The notes under the pieces were generated by a model. That model searched no databases, was not told the origin of the DNA, and saw nothing but the letters and a program-made list of their open reading frames with translations. A DNA stretch of 64,000 nucleotides from Felis catus. Its lineage: Eukaryota. Shown here one piece after another: positions 63,226 to 64,000 of the stretch. The position numbers and the translations under genes are program-made. The first letter of the stretch is position 1, and the number at the start of each line of letters is the position of its first letter. Location of the stretch: NCBI RefSeq assembly GCF_018350175.1, contig NC_058368.1, forward strand, positions 36,954,001-37,018,000, written 5' to 3'.

Positions 63226-64000
63226 ATAATGCTCTGTACTTTCAACAGTATGTTATCTCCTCATTTCTTAAATGTGTTGGTTTATGCTAATATACTTTTT
63301 ATATTTTTTGCCTTGTCTGTAAAAATAAGAGAATGATATTGTGTCTTTGTCATACTGCAAATCAATTATGTTAATAAAATTCTTAATTACAAGAGTGGAA
63401 TGATTTTGGAGCTCATTACAATTTTGTCTAGAGAATTGTGGGTTGGAGACCCAGCTTAACAAGTGATTGTCACTGAAATGTGGTTTTAAGGCACTTCCCT
63501 TGGAATCACTGTGGCTGGGCCCTTAGTGTCATAAGGAATGTAGGGAAGGCAGAGAACTGATTTGCATGCATTTATTTGCACATTTATCATGTATCATAAA
63601 TATATGAAATCACATAATATGTGTCAATTACTAGTTACTTGAAGCCTAAACTCAAATAAGGGACAACAATTAATTAAGCAAATGGGTTCAGATCGAGATA
63701 TCAGTGATGATGGGAGAAACAAGTACAAATGGTATCATTCAGGGCATTGAAGGGCATAGTTTAGAGGACATTTTTGTTCAGTTGCAATAGAAAACTTTGG
63801 AGGATTTTAGTCAGAGGACTCATGAGTTGTGATTTTTTTAAAAACAGATTCATCTACTTTGATGAAAATATTTCATTGTGCCCAAGAGGAGAGTATATAA
63901 AACTTGCTAATGCTGAACCGGTGAGAAAATGAGGATCTGGATTAGGGTGTTGACAATGGAGACAGAAAAAAGAAAATAGATTTGAGATATATTTTAAAGT

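Overview
This is AT-rich mammalian DNA dominated by repeats. It is almost certainly from a cat (Felidae), judging by 24 Can-SINE copies, five of a young felid type with intact CpGs and clean target-site duplications (TSDs). It also holds a ~4.8 kb 5'-truncated carnivore LINE-1 (full-length but disrupted ORF2, partial ORF1), many older L1, L2 and MIR fragments, several solo LTRs, two hAT-type MITEs and microsatellites. I recognise no protein-coding gene. Nearly all listed ORFs are L1 remnants, SINE read-throughs or chance ORFs. About nine of ten L1 blocks lie on the minus strand, which suggests an intron of a large plus-strand gene; two weak candidate exons were found. I found no convincing novel biological system. 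The best observations are structural: an L1 whose extreme 5' end is fused to the end of ORF1, three SINEs stacked in one ~25 bp target, an L1 with no TSD, adjacent inverted SINE pairs and an ancient tandem duplication. Repeat family names come from remembered consensus motifs, not a database search, and boundaries of old elements are approximate.
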